From Mobula hypostoma (taxonomy: Eukaryota), in contig NC_086097.1 of assembly GCF_963921235.1 (NCBI RefSeq), positions 176,764,001 to 176,828,000 on the forward strand: a stretch of DNA of 64,000 nucleotides, read 5' to 3'. Both the position numbers and the translations under genes were made by a program. Shown here in pieces: positions 50,511 to 63,430 of this stretch. Every line of letters starts with the position of its first letter. Within the stretch, counting starts at the first letter, position 1. The notes beneath the pieces are model-generated. The model saw only the letters and a program-made list of their open reading frames with translations. It had not been told where the DNA came from and ran no database searches.

Positions 50511-52094
50511 CCCTTTGTATTTGTGCCTTCAGTTCTTGGATCCTGAGCTCTGTGATTCCCTCTTTTAATCTCACAACTCTCTGCCTCTCTCATCATTTAT
50601 GAGCCTCTAAATGTCTACCTTTCTGAACATTCTTCCAGATGCCCATTTCATTTTTTCCTGTAGAAGTTCAAAAAGAAATTATTCTTGAATTTGTTCATTT
50701 ACCCTTAGGGATCTGCATATTACTGGCAAGACCAACAGTTACTGCCCATCCCACTTACACTTGTCTGTCTGCTGTCCCAGATTATCCCATCTGCCTGCCC
50801 TCCTACACTTCTCACTACCTCAGTAAAGCAGCCAACTCACCCTTCCCAAACATTAACTCTTCTCTCACCTCCCTTCAGGCAGAAGATATAAAAGTCTGAA
50901 AGCACATACCATAGAAAGCATCCAATCCAGTGCATCGAGACTTAGTATGGAAACCCCTCTGCCAAGATCGGAAGAAACTGCAGAGAGATATAGACACAGC
51001 TTAGTACATCATATAAACCACCTTCTCTGCTCCATGGCCTCTGTCTACAATCCTAGCTACCTCAATAAAGCCATCAGCATAATCAAAGACCCCAGGCACT
51101 CTGGACATTCTCTCTTGTTCCCCACCTCACCACCACCCCCCATCAGTCAGAAGATACAAAAACATGAAAGCAGGCACCACTAGGCTCTACCCAACTATTG
51201 TGAGACTATTGGATGGTCTCCTAGTACACTAAGATGGACTCTTCACATCCAAATCTACCTCATTATGGCCTTACACCTTATTGTGTGTCTGCACTGCACT
51301 TTCTCTGAAACTGTAACATTTTATTTTGCATTCTGTTATTGCATTCTCTTGTTCAATCTTAATACAACACTGTAATGAAATAATCATTATGTATCTCTTA
51401 AAGTTTAAAGTTTTTCACTGTATCTCTGTATGTGAGAAAAATAAGCTAATTTACTGTCTATAACTGCTCCTGAGAGAAGGAATCCCAGAGCATAAAGTCT
51501 AAAGGCTTAAGGCACAGGTGCCAGTGAGTTGGTCCGTGATTCAGGAATGGGATGGTGTACGCACTCCTGCTTACAACTTCAAATTCCCAAGAATAAACAT
51601 CACCAATAGCCTACCTTTGTCCAGCCAGTAGAAAGTACAACAAAAACGTGCACCGATGTCTCTAATTCCTCTGGCTGCTAGAGAAATTTGGCATGTTCCT
51701 TTTGACCATCGCCAATTTTTATCAATGCACCACAGAAGTCATCCTGTCCAGGGGCGTCATGGCTAGGAAGAGCAACTACTCTGCCCAAGACCAGAAAAAA
51801 ACTACATAGAGGTGTGGACGCAGCTCAGCACTTCACGAAACATAGTCCCCCCATCCATGGACTCCGTCTGCCCACCTCAGTGCCTCAGTAATGTGATCAA
51901 AGCCCACACACTCCCTGGACATTCTCTCTTCCTACCCCTCCCATTGGACAGAAGACACAAAAGCCGGAAAGGACATACAGGATCAAGGCCAGATTCTATT
52001 GAACTACTATCTGATTATTGATGTACTCAGTTCATGTGACCCTGTATCTTGATACATGTGAAAATAATATTTACCAACGGTGCAGTGAAAACAA

Positions 52095-52874
52095 GTGGGG
52101 ATGAATAAAAAGCTGGAAGTGCAGAAACCTGAGTGTTGTAGGCCGACAATCAGTGACAGGGTTGTCCAGGATGTGACAGGAAGAATTTCAGGTGCAACGT
52201 AAAAGTGGAGAGTTTTTAATGAGAGTAGTCCGAATCTGAAGACCTAGTGGAGCGATTAAATTTACTGAAGCGGAAGAGGTCAGAACCGGAGGGGTGTGGA
52301 TGTCTCTAGGAGCTGTGAGCTGGGGGGATTGCAGAGGCATAGGGAGCCCATGTAAAAACTTGCTGCAATGTGAGGCAGTAAAGATGTGTGTTTCTCAATT
52401 TAATGAGGTTGCCAGAAGTGTGAATCCTAATGACAGATCTTAAGATCATAATATTCCCTCTTATGGTGATGTGCACCCCTACTGATAGTGTTCCAAAATA
52501 CTCAGTGCAGTGCAATCTTCCCAGAGTTGATTTCCCGTACTGCCTCCTGGGCCTGATGTGTGGAAATGACAATATTGGCAGTCTGCAGCCTGTAATTTCT
52601 GTCTCCATTCCAACTTGTATTCCTCAGGGAAGCTGCTAATAATATGGATTCCCCCGGCCTGGTGAACAGTGGCTTGGACACTGTAACTGTGGATGGGAAC
52701 AGTATTTTTCTTCACGTTAGACCAGTTTGCCTTCAGTATGTGTAACAGCGGCACTGAAATTGTATCTAAATAAATCATTCACCTTGCAGGAGATCACAGT
52801 TATTGATGGTGGATTCAGAGTGAATTATAAAATGTGGTTGCACCTGATCAAAGAGTGTCAGCGTGGATTTGTGG
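52095..52874 (-). repeat. Right arm of diverged inverted repeat
   Basis: Includes exact 31-, 24- and 21-bp blocks shared with the left arm. Confidence 0.92.
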
Positions 52875-53435
52875 AATTTAGGTTGCAGCTGCCTCAGCCA
52901 GCTGTATCCGCTGAAGGATTACATCACAGTTCCTTCACAGAAGTAGGCCATTCAGCCCAACCAATCCATGCTAGTGTATATGCAGCGTATATGTGTATGT
53001 CTTTTGTATGTACCAACTCTCCACATCTAGTCTGATAAAAACTGATCACAGGGAGTTTTGATGTAGTTACTGGTGCTAAGGGTGTAGAGGAAACATGGCA
53101 ACTTTGAGAAATATTTAATACTGAAGCATTTTTCACCTCTGATTCACAGACTCAGGTCTCACCCCATCGTCAGTGCTAACCTGGCAGTGGGGAAGAGGCA
53201 CTGCTGTCTTCCCCTCGAGGCCTCAAAATCAAACACAGACACCATCTGTCCTCCGAAGTCATGTGAAAGATCCCACAACACCGTCTCAGAGAAAAGCACT
53301 GAGATCTCCCTGGCGCCCTGATATATACACCAGAAACTTCGAGCTGATGGAAGAGGCATAATCAGTAAGTTTGCAGGTGATACGAAGGTTGGTGGATAGC
53401 ACATAGGGTTGTCTGTAAGGTTACAGAGGGTTAGA

Positions 53436-53722
53436 GGGCAGCACGATAGTGCAGCGGCTAGCACAGCACTTTACAGTACCAGCGACCCAGGTTCATTTCC
53501 CAGAGCTGTCTGTAAGGAGTCTGTACACTCTCCCTGCGAACATGTAGGTTTCCTCTGGGTGCTCCGGTTTCCTCCCACAGTCCAATGATGTACCAGTTGG
53601 TAGGTTAATTGGTCATTGTAACATGTCCTGTGATTAGGCTGGGGTTAAATCCGTGGTTTGCTGGGCAGTGTGGCTCGAAGGGCCGGAAGTGCCTGTTCCA
53701 TCTGTATCTCAAAAACAAAACA
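53436..53722 (+). mobile_element. V-SINE (HE1-like) with CR1-type tail
   Basis: tRNA-like head, V-domain 'ggtttcctctgggtgctccggtttcctcccacagtccaa', tail 'gaagggccggaagtgcctgttcc', A-rich end. Confidence 0.88.
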
Positions 53723-55959
53723 AAGTAAATTGACAGGCCATGGATGGATACACTCCCTGTGTTGGCAGTCATGATTAGTATAGAAGGGCAAGGAAGCCAG
53801 CATGGGCGAATTGGGTTGAAGGGCTTTATGCTGTGCCCTTTGAATTGATGGCACTGTGACAATGTCAATTCCTTAAGGCACATTACTGATGTCCTGGTGA
53901 TTATTGCATCACTGACTGTAAGATCTCACTGTGTACAAGTTGATGGCCAGCGTTCCAACCAGTTGCTGGAGATGTACTCCAGAAGTATCTCAAAGGTCAC
54001 TGTGAAAGCCATTACATAAATGCAAGTCTTCTTTGACTTAGAAATTGTCAGAACTAAAGGCAGCTGTTCACACTTTGAAACCTCATTAAATAACACTACA
54101 GCTGTGACACTGGAGGTTCTGATGGAACCAAATGGCAAATGTCATTATTTCCTTGACTGATATAGCAGCACATAATAGACACCATTTGTTAAAAAAAAAG
54201 ACATTACATCAGCATAGAAGAAGTGAGGTTATTACCTAATGCTGCATTGGTAGGCAGAATTATATTAATTTTATGCAACCTCTCCCTACGCCTTTCTTTG
54301 CAAGGCATTTCTGCTTGTCACTGCCTATTCCCCTCAGCTGAGTGGTGATTATGTAACCTTATAACATCCAGATCAAGTAACTGCTTTATCAGCACCCAAA
54401 CATTAATTCCCTCTACTACCAAGAATGGCAAATTCAGCAGGCTAATGGGAGCGCCACCACCAGCAGATTCCCCACCAAGTCTCACATTGCCCAAACTTTG
54501 AAATATTCCACAGCTCTTTCATCACCTCTGGCTCTACTTTCTGGAATTTCTCCCCAACAACACCGTGGAAGCACCCTCAACAGGACTGTGGTGATTCAAG
54601 AAAGTGGCTCACCAATGCATTCTCAAGGGCAGTTAGAAGTCAACAATAAATGCTGCCCTCATGAATAACACTGGACTGCAAATTTTTTACAAAGTGTTGC
54701 TTCCTCAGAAAATTTTTTTAGTTGTGATAGAACACTTGAAGCTAAACATAAATATAATTTCATACTACTTATATCACATGGAAATGTGGCGAAACAGGAA
54801 ATGAACTTTTATTTGATATAATACATTTAATTGTATAATGGTGCTGATGCTTGGCAATTATTCAACTAAGCTAAAAATGTTCTGTTGATGATTTTCATTT
54901 GTACTCAGTGTCTGAGGCTTCTTGCCTAAGAGTCCAACAATAATCAGCTAACACTGATAGATTCCAATGACCTGATACCTTTTCTCCAGGACCGCAGTAT
55001 CCTGGAGAAACCTTTTACCACGCTCGTCATTGACAGGAGCTAAGATTTACAGGGAAGTCTAAATGGGAATGCAGAAAATGAATCTCTAGTGACATGTTGC
55101 ACTTCATGGTTTTGTATGCTTGAAGCATGTTGTCAACCAGCCGCACGTAGTTTGGTGCTCTGTGGTTGCCAAGAGAATTTTCAACATCATCCTTAAATGC
55201 CTTCCATGCAATTTTCTCCGGTCCCACTAGAAGCTTTTTGGATTACCTGTCACTGATGACCTGTTTGATTTGTGGACCAAAAAAAAATTTTCCTTAATCT
55301 TGGTATCAGTTATTCTGGGAAACATCTGTCTCAAATATTGAAATCCTTCACGAAAAATTTTGTATCTGGTGATAACAGATTCCATCCTCGCAGTCTTGAA
55401 CCCAGTAATTCTGCTTTTGCATTTGACAAACCAAAGTCTCTGACTAGGTCATTTAACTCAGATTGAGCTATCGGATGAGGCTCACTTGACATAAAGGGTT
55501 CAAAGTCTGTATCGGTATCAGTGCCACGTTCCGCTGCTGGCTGGTGCATCATGGCATCTTAGTCTGCCTCCTCTAGACTCAATGCCTCAGGTAGCTTCGG
55601 TACTGGAAGACTATCATGCATAGGTCTCGTGGCTGCCGGGAGATTGGAGTATTCTAAGGATTTCTTGTTTTAGCAGTGAAACCAGATACACTGGTTTGAC
55701 AGAAGTAGTAGGCTATCACATGATCCTTCTGTTCTTGCCATAATAGTGGAACAGTGAATGGCATCAATGTCCGAGTACCTCTGAGCCAAGCTCTAAGATC
55801 AACATCTCATGTTGCACAATAAAGGTGAGGAGCCCAGGCCTGGTCTTGGTCACCAATTTTACATGCAACATAGAGCTCAAAGGGCTTTCTTAATAACAGG
55901 AGCCATATTCTGTCTGAGACTTAAATGTATATTCGCCACAAATATAACAGAAAGCATTG

Positions 55960-57204
55960 GACATGTCGAACCAATCTTATAGAATTTTTCGAGGAAGTCA
56001 CTAGGAAAATGGATTAAGGCAAAGCAGTGGATGTTGTCCACAAGGAATTTAGTAAGGCGTTTGAGAAGGTCCCACACGGGAGGCTGGTCAAGAAGGTTCA
56101 GTCACTCAGCATTCAGGATGAAGTAGTAAATTAGATTGGATATTGGCTTTGTGGGATAAGCCAGAGAGTGGTCGTAGAGGGTTGCCTGTCTGACTAGAGA
56201 CCTGTGACTAGCTGCTGGGATGTTGTTGTTTATCATCTATATCAATCTGCTGGACGATAATGTGGTTAACTGGATCAGCAAATTTACGGATGACACCAAG
56301 ATTAGGGTTGAAGTGGGCAGTGAAGAAGGCTATCATGGCTTGAAGAAGGATTTGTATCAGCTGGAAAAATGGGCTGAAAAATAACAGATGGGATTTAATG
56401 CAGACAAGTGTGAGGCTTTGCACTTTAGTAAGATTAACCAGGGTAGGTCTTGCACAGTGAACACTAGGGCACTGAGGAATGTGGTAGAACAAAGGGATCT
56501 GGAAATATAAGTACATAATTCGTTGAAAGTGACATCATAGGTAGACAGGGTTGTAAGGGGAGCTTTTGGCACATTGGCCTTCAAAAATCAATGTACTGAG
56601 TACAGAAGATGGGATGTTATGTTGAAGTTGTATAAGACGTTGGTGAGGCCTAATTTGGAGTATTGCGTGTATCAATTTGCGTGTAGGTCACCTACCTACA
56701 GGAAAGTTGTAAACAAGGTCGAAAAAATACAGAGAAAATTTACAAGGATGCTGCTGGGCCAGGAGGACCTAAGTAATAAAGAAAGATTGAATAGGTTAGG
56801 ACGGTATTCTTTAGAACACATAATATTGAGAGGAGATTTGATAGAGGTATACAAAATTATGAAGGGTATAGATAGGGCAAATGCAAGCAGACTTTTTCCA
56901 CTGAGGTTGCGGGGCATTACAACTAGAGATCATGGGTTAAGAGTGAAAGGTAAGAAGTTTAAGGAGAACATAAGGTGAAACTTCTTCAGAGGGTCATCAG
57001 AGAGTGGAATGAGCTGCCAGCAAAAGCGATGCATGCGAAGTCGGATTTCAACATTTGAGAGAGTTTGGATAAGTACATGGATAGTTGGGATATGGGGGCC
57101 TATGGTCCCGGTGCAGGTTGATGGGAGTAGGCAGTGTAAATGGTTGCAGCATGGATTAGATGGGCCAAAGAGCCTGTTTCTGTGCTATACCTCTCTATGA
57201 CTCT
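55960..57204 (+). mobile_element. CR1 inserted in the Chapaev3 transposase N-terminus
   Basis: KAFEKVPH, KFTDDTK, LYKTLVRPNLEYC and an (ctatgact)n tail. Confidence 0.9.
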
Positions 57205-57601
57205 ATTGAAGTTTTTGCAATATTGGCGAGTCATTTTGTCATCACAAGTGCTCTTGAAAATATGATTAATTTATCATAAGTACACACAATATGCTATGCG
57301 CCGAGAGCATGTGCTTCAATGTAATTGCAAACCAATATACATATAAATGCAATGCCCAGAATAGTGTGTGGGTGATGCTTTTATAGCCATTCTAAAACCT
57401 GCCCTGCCATGTAGCATCCACCTTGCGTAAGCATGCCCTGGCATACCTAGACAAGGTAGAAAACTTACATTATGGGCAAAATTTTAATAGATTTGAATTA
57501 TGAATTGAAAGAGCAAATATTGGCGATTTAAAATAAAATAGTGTGTGACAGGGAAATTTCATGATCAGCAACCCAAAGTCCATGAGGTACACCCAAATGT
57601 A

Positions 57602-59249
57602 CAGTGGCATGCAAAATTTTGGGCACACCTGGTCAAAATTTCTGTTACTGTGAATAGCTAAGCGAGTAAAACATGACCTGATTTCCAAAAGGCATAAAGT
57701 TAAAGATGACACATTTCTTTAATATTTTAAGCAAGATTACTTTTTTTAATTTCCATCTTTTACAGTTTCAAAGTAACGAAAAAGGAAAAGGGCCCAAAGC
57801 TAAAGTCTGGGCACCCTGCATGGTCAGTACTTAGTAACACCCCCTTTTGCAAGTATCACCTGAAAACGCTTTGCTATCTTCTTATAGCCTTCTCCTGCTT
57901 TCTGTAGCCAGCTAAGGGTCTTTCAATTCTTGTTTGGAGGATTTTCACCCATTCTTCCTTGCAAAAGGCTTCTAGTTCTGTGAGATTCTTGGGCCGTCTT
58001 GCATGCACTGCTCTTTTGAGGTCTATCCACAGATTCTCGATGATGTTTAGGTCAGGGGACTGTGAGGGCCATGACAAAACCTTCAGCTTGTGCCTCTCGA
58101 GGTAGTCCACTGTGGATTTTGAGGTGTGTTTAGGATCATTATCTTGTTGTAGAAGCCATTCTCTTTTCATCTTCAGCTTTTTTACAGACGGTGTGATGTT
58201 TGCTTCCAGAATTTGCTGGTATTTAATTGAATTCATTCTTCCCTCTGCCAGTGAAATGTTCCCCGTGCCACTGGGTGCAACACAAGCCCAAAGCATGTCG
58301 ATTCACTCCCGTGCTTTACAGTTGGAGAGGTGTTCTTTTTATGAAACTCTGCACCCTTTTTTCTCCAAACATACCTTTGCTCATTGCGGCCAAAAAGTTC
58401 TATTTTAACTTCATCAGTCCACAGGACTTGTTTCCAATATGCATCAGGCTTGTTTAGATGTTCCTTTGCAAACTTCTGATGCTGAATTTTGTGGTGAGGG
58501 TGCAGGAAAGGTTTTCTTCTGATGGCTCTTCCATGAAGGTCATATTTGTGCAGGTGTCACTGCACAGTAGAACAGTGCACCACCACTCCAGAGTCTGCTC
58601 AATCTTCCTGAAGGTCTTTTGCAGTCAAACAGGGGTTTTCATTTGCCTTTCTAGTAATCATATGAGCAGTTATCTCGGAAAGTTTTCTCGGTCTTCCAGA
58701 CCTGAACTTGACCTCCACCATTCCTGTTAACTGCCATTTCTTAATTACATTACGAACTGAGGAAACGGCTACCTGAAAACGCTTTGCTATCTTCTTATAG
58801 CCTTCTCCTGCTTTGTGGGCATCATTTATTTTAATTTTCAGAGTGCTAGGCAGCTGCTTAGAGGAGCCCTGGCTGCTGATTGTTGGGACAAGGTTTGAGG
58901 AGTCAGGGTATTTATAAAGCTTTAAAATTTGCATCACCTGGCCTTTCCTAATGATGACTGTGAACAAGCCATAGCCCTAACAAGCTAATTAAGGTCTGAA
59001 ACCTTGGTAAAAGTTATCTGAGAGCTCAAATCTCTTGGGGTGCCCAAACTTTGGCATGGTGCTCCTTCCCTTTTTTTCACTCTAAAATTGTTCAAAACAA
59101 AAATAGTACACTAATCTTGCTTAAAATGTTGAAAAGAATATTTCATCTTTAACTTTATGTCTTTTGGAGATCAGTTCATCTTCTACTCACTTAGCTATTC
59201 ATAGCAACAGAAATTTTGACCGGAGTGCCCAAACTTTTGCATGCCACCG
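57602..59249 (-). mobile_element. Full-length Tc1-family DNA transposon, inactive
   Basis: TA on both sides. TIRs of about 0.2 kb starting cagtggcatgcaaaa, with internal direct repeats. GEGYKKIAKRF HTH, GRPRK, QQDNDPKH and WPSQSPDLNIIENLW (DD34E type). Confidence 0.95.
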
Positions 59250-59944
59250 TATTCAGGAAGAAAAATCTTTGTTGTCCAGTGAAATAGATATCACCCATGA
59301 AACAAAAAAAAGTACTATGGACATGCTTAATCATAGAACATAGAACATTCCAGCACAGGAACAGGCTCCTGAGCCCACAAAGTCTGCGATGCATACTGTT
59401 GTAGCATGGGATGAAATCACCAGAGAGACAGAGTCACTGGTAGATACAAAGCAGCTGACACAACAAGCAGGCATCATACGTACGGAGACCCTTTCGGTAG
59501 AAAGGTCTGCTAGCTCAATGTGGGCTCAGTATTTATATGCTAAACACAAAGGCAATCACTACTTAAAAAGTTATAGACAATGCATAGACAATGTTTCCTA
59601 TTGAAGCTACATACAAAATATCCCACCATCCTTTCCTTCCGACGTCAACATGTCTGGGTTGGTATCCACAGCCTTTAAGAATGCAAGTTAAGTCCACGGT
59701 GCATTTATTTGGCATTTCACATGCTAACATAGAAGACAATTAATATTTATAAAGTATAGATAATACTGTCTTTGAAACTACAGCATCTGGTCAAACTATG
59801 GTGCCAGAAACATCTGATATTCACACCTTTTTAGGAAGCGCATTGTTGTGGACTCAATCCACAGTACTTTGTCAAATAGAAGTCTGGTGGACAAAGTCAT
59901 TTAAGTGTAAACAAATCATCTACCAAAAAAATCACTCTAACAAA

Positions 59945-61530
59945 TATAATGCCGAATTCAACTAAATCCCTTCCACCTACAAAAGATCTATATCCTTCCA
60001 TTCCCTGTATATTCAGGAAATTATTTAATAGCCTCAATACTACTATCAAATCTGCTTCCACCACCAGACACCAATCACTCTCTGTGTAAAAAAAAATCTT
60101 AGCCTGTACATCTCCTTTAAACATTTCCCATCTCATCTAAATGTATGTCTTCTAGTATTTGATATTTCTACCTTGGGTAAAATATTCCGACTCTCTACCC
60201 TATCTATGCCTCTCCGAATTTTACAAAGTTTTATCAAGTCTCCCCTTAGCCTCCAGCACTCCAAAAAATCCATGTTTGTCCAACCTCTTCATACATTCTA
60301 ATCCAGGAAGAAGAAACTGACTGTGTGCATTATCTGTGCTTCTCATAATCTTATAAATCCTGCAGAATTTTACAAATTGTAAAACATATTCTATTGAAAT
60401 CTTCTGGATTAGCATCCATGAGATGAAATTTGAAAACTAAGTAGAGTGCCCTAGCTTTTCCACAAATAAGTAAATGATAGATTCACAGACCAATATCTCA
60501 ACTGAAAGATAGTTGGAAGCTATCTCCATCTCTGTCTTTTCTCCTCAGTGACCTGGGCCACACCTCTGTAAATCCTTTCAGTACTCTCTCTCCAGCTCAG
60601 TCACATCATGTGATGTGATGGCCTGATCTAATCCTATTTCACTCCATCATATTACGGACTTAAGGCAGGATGAAGAGCTGGGATGAGAAGTGCCATATTT
60701 TGTTCGATACACAAAAGTGAGAAGTGATACGCTTTAGAAAGTCAAACTTGAAGACAGAGTACAGGGTTAATAACAGAATTGTTAGCAGTGTGGAGGAATG
60801 GAGGGATCTTGAGGTCATGTTCATCAAAGTTGATAGTGTGGTGCATTGGCCTTCATTTGCTGGAGGATTGCATTCAAGATCTGCAAGGAAAATGTGGCTG
60901 TATAAAACTCTGGTTGGACTACACATGGAGTATTCCATTTGTTTCTGTTTGCCTCAGTATAGGAAGGATGAGAAAGACAGTGCAAAGGAAATTTACCAGG
61001 ATGTCGCCTGGATTAGAGAACATGTCTTATGAGGAAAGGGTGAGCAAGCTAAGGTGTTTCTCTTTGGAGTGAGGTGGATGAGAGACAACTTGTTAGAAGT
61101 GCATAAGATTCTGAGAGGCATAAATAAAGTGGACACCAGCATAAACAGAGTATTTTCCTCCAGCTTATGAGGCTCTTCATGACTCTTACAGGTTTACACC
61201 AACCTGAGATAGAATATAGAACATAGAACCCTATGGGCCCTTGACCTTTTAACCTACTTGACGATCAATCTAATCCTTCCTTTGAACACAGTCCATAACC
61301 CTCAATTTTTCTTTAATTTTATTTTTTGGAGGCACCCAACTCTCTCCATGTAGAAACCTACATCCCCCCTAAACTTTCCTGCTCTCAACTTAAAAGGATG
61401 TCCACTGGTATTAGCCATGGCCGTCGTGGAAAAAACGCTGGCCACTCTGCCTATTTGTCTCATAATCGTATATGGCTCTATCACATTGCCTCTCATCGTC
61501 CTTCACTCCACAGGAAAAAGCCCTACCTCG
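59945..61530. mobile_element. Old CR1 fragments (59945-60360 -, 60660-61140 +, 61215-61530 -)
   Basis: LYKTLVGLHMEY, VQRKFTRMSPGLE and CR1 tails. Confidence 0.75.
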
Positions 61531-61839
61531 CTAGTGTCCTGACAACACCATAAAGGCAGTGATGTCAGAACCTCCTCCACATTAATAACATCTTCCCCAC
61601 ATTCCCCTTGTATTGAGATGATGAGTGAGTGACACCTTGCCTCCCCATCTGTGAGCCACCTACGAATGGGCACTGCATCCCTCTTTTCACCCTGTACTCT
61701 GTACCCATCACAGTCTCAGAAACATTCTGATCTAAAACTCAGTGTATGAGTCATAACCCCCTCAATGTATTTCACAATCAGCTTTATGGAAGAATCTCGA
61801 ATAAGGGAACATAGTTACCAGAACAGAGTAGAAGTATAA

Positions 61840-62045
61840 CGGGTATTACGGTACTAGCAACCTGAGTTCAGTTCCACTGCCGTCTGTAAGGAGTGTGTAT
61901 GTTCTCTTCTGACCACTTGGGTTTCCCTGGGTGCTCTAGTTTCCTCCCATATTCCAAAAATATACAGGCTAGTAGGTTAATTGGTCACTTGGTTGTAATC
62001 GGGTCCATTGGGCTGGAAGAGCTAGTTAACATCTCTCTCTCTATA
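61840..62045 (+). mobile_element. Degenerate V-SINE
   Basis: 'gggtttccctgggtgctctagtttcctcccatattccaaa' V-domain. Confidence 0.75.
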
Positions 62046-62474
62046 AGTGGTCATTTGAAACCAGGCGCATACAGACCTCTGAAATTCTCTAACTAGTGAG
62101 TTGGGGATACTGGATCATGGGATAGACAAAGAAAAGGTAGATGATGTAGTGGTAGAATGAGGGGGGATCTCATTGAAACCTACCGAATATTGAAAGGCAA
62201 AGATAGAGTGGATGTGGAAAGGATGTTTCCAATAGCAGGAGAACATAGGACGACAGGGCACAGCCTCAGAATAGAAGGACATCTCCTTAGAACAGAGTGA
62301 GGAGGAATTTCTTAGTTGAGGGTGGTGAATCTGTGGAATTCATCACCACAGGTGGTAGTGGAGTCTAGGGAATTGGGTATATTTAAAGGGGAGGTTGATA
62401 AGTACTTGATAAGTCAGGATATTGAAGTTTATAGGGAGAAGGCAGGAGAATGGGGTTGAGAGGAAAATAAATAA

Positions 62475-62790
62475 GATGAAGATTAGCTTTATTTGGTACA
62501 TGCACATTGAAACATTGAAAAATATTGTGAAATACACCATTTGAGTCACTGACCAACACTGTCCAAGGATTGTGCTGGAGGCAACCTGCAAGTGTTGCTG
62601 TGCTTCCAGCACCAATATAGCATACCCACAGCTTACTATCCCAATATGGAGGAAACAGGAAGACATGGCAGATACCCATGAAGTCATGGGGAGATCATAC
62701 AAAGTCTTCACGGATAACAGCATGAATTGAACCCTAATCACCGGTGCTGTGAAACATGACGTTAGCCTCTACACTACCATGCTACCCGGA
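62475..62790 (-). mobile_element. V-SINE-headed element with a non-CR1 tail, inserted in a CR1 (62150-62870)
   Basis: Minus strand has a tRNA-like head and V-like 'gggtatctgccatgtcttcctgtttcctcc'. Its tail is shared with 44420-44583. Confidence 0.65.
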
Positions 62791-63207
62791 CACTACTATG
62801 CCACTGCGATTACATGGCAGTGCAGAGTTGATGGGCCAAATGGCCAGATTATGCTCCAATATCCTTTAACCTTGTCTATCTTCGAAAGATCGGGAGATTA
62901 AAAGAATAGTGGATTTGGCACAGAAGACAAGATGATGCTAGCGTAGGGCAGCCTGATCCCATTGAATGGCAAGTAGGCTTGAGGGGCATAATGGCCAACT
63001 CCTGCTTCTGTTACTTTTCATTCTTAACTTTCAATAGTATCAGCTTTTAACTTTTTTCTTTCTCCACAGATGCTGCCTGACCTGCGGCATTCACATTTAT
63101 TTCTACCAGCTGCACACTTTCATACCACTCCATGGAGTTACGGAGTTATACAGTACAGAAACAAGCCCTATAGCCTGTGATGATATGTAAATCTTTTCAT
63201 CTATATT

Positions 63208-63430
63208 GGGAAACATACACAAAATGCTGGAGGAATTCAGCAAGTCCAGCAGCACCTGCGGATGAGAATAAACAGTCAACTTTCCAGGCCGAGACCCTTA
63301 ATCAGAACGCTAAAGGATCTCATTTCGAAATGTTGACTGTTTATTCCCCTCCATTGATGCTACCTGACTTGCTGAGTTCCCCCAGCATTTTATGTGTGCT
63401 GTTCAAGATTTCCATTATCTGCATTATCTG
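63208..63430. repeat. Palindromic element derived from the Penelope tail
   Basis: 'cacaaaatgctggaggaattcagcaagtc' and 'gacttgctgagttcccccagcattttatg' are approximate reverse complements, as are 'aataaacagtcaac' and 'gttgactgtttatt'. Confidence 0.8.

Larger units (their letters stand above)
54669..59281 (-). mobile_element. Chapaev3-type DNA transposon, both ends present, internally deleted, with two nested insertions
   Basis: TIRs cactggactgcaaa (54669) and cactggacaacaaa (reverse complement, ending 59281). Transposase remnants FCYICGEY, KIGDQDQAWAPH, WQEQKDH..YYFC, QSELNDLVRD.GLS..KAELLGSRL and CNMSLEIHFLHSHLDF. Confidence 0.8.

Noticed and set aside
52479..52778. 99-aa ORF with a paralogous peptide (GIH.ISSFPEE) at 49814-50035
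   Set aside because: The similarity comes from the inverted repeat. The other arm has stops and frameshifts in this frame.
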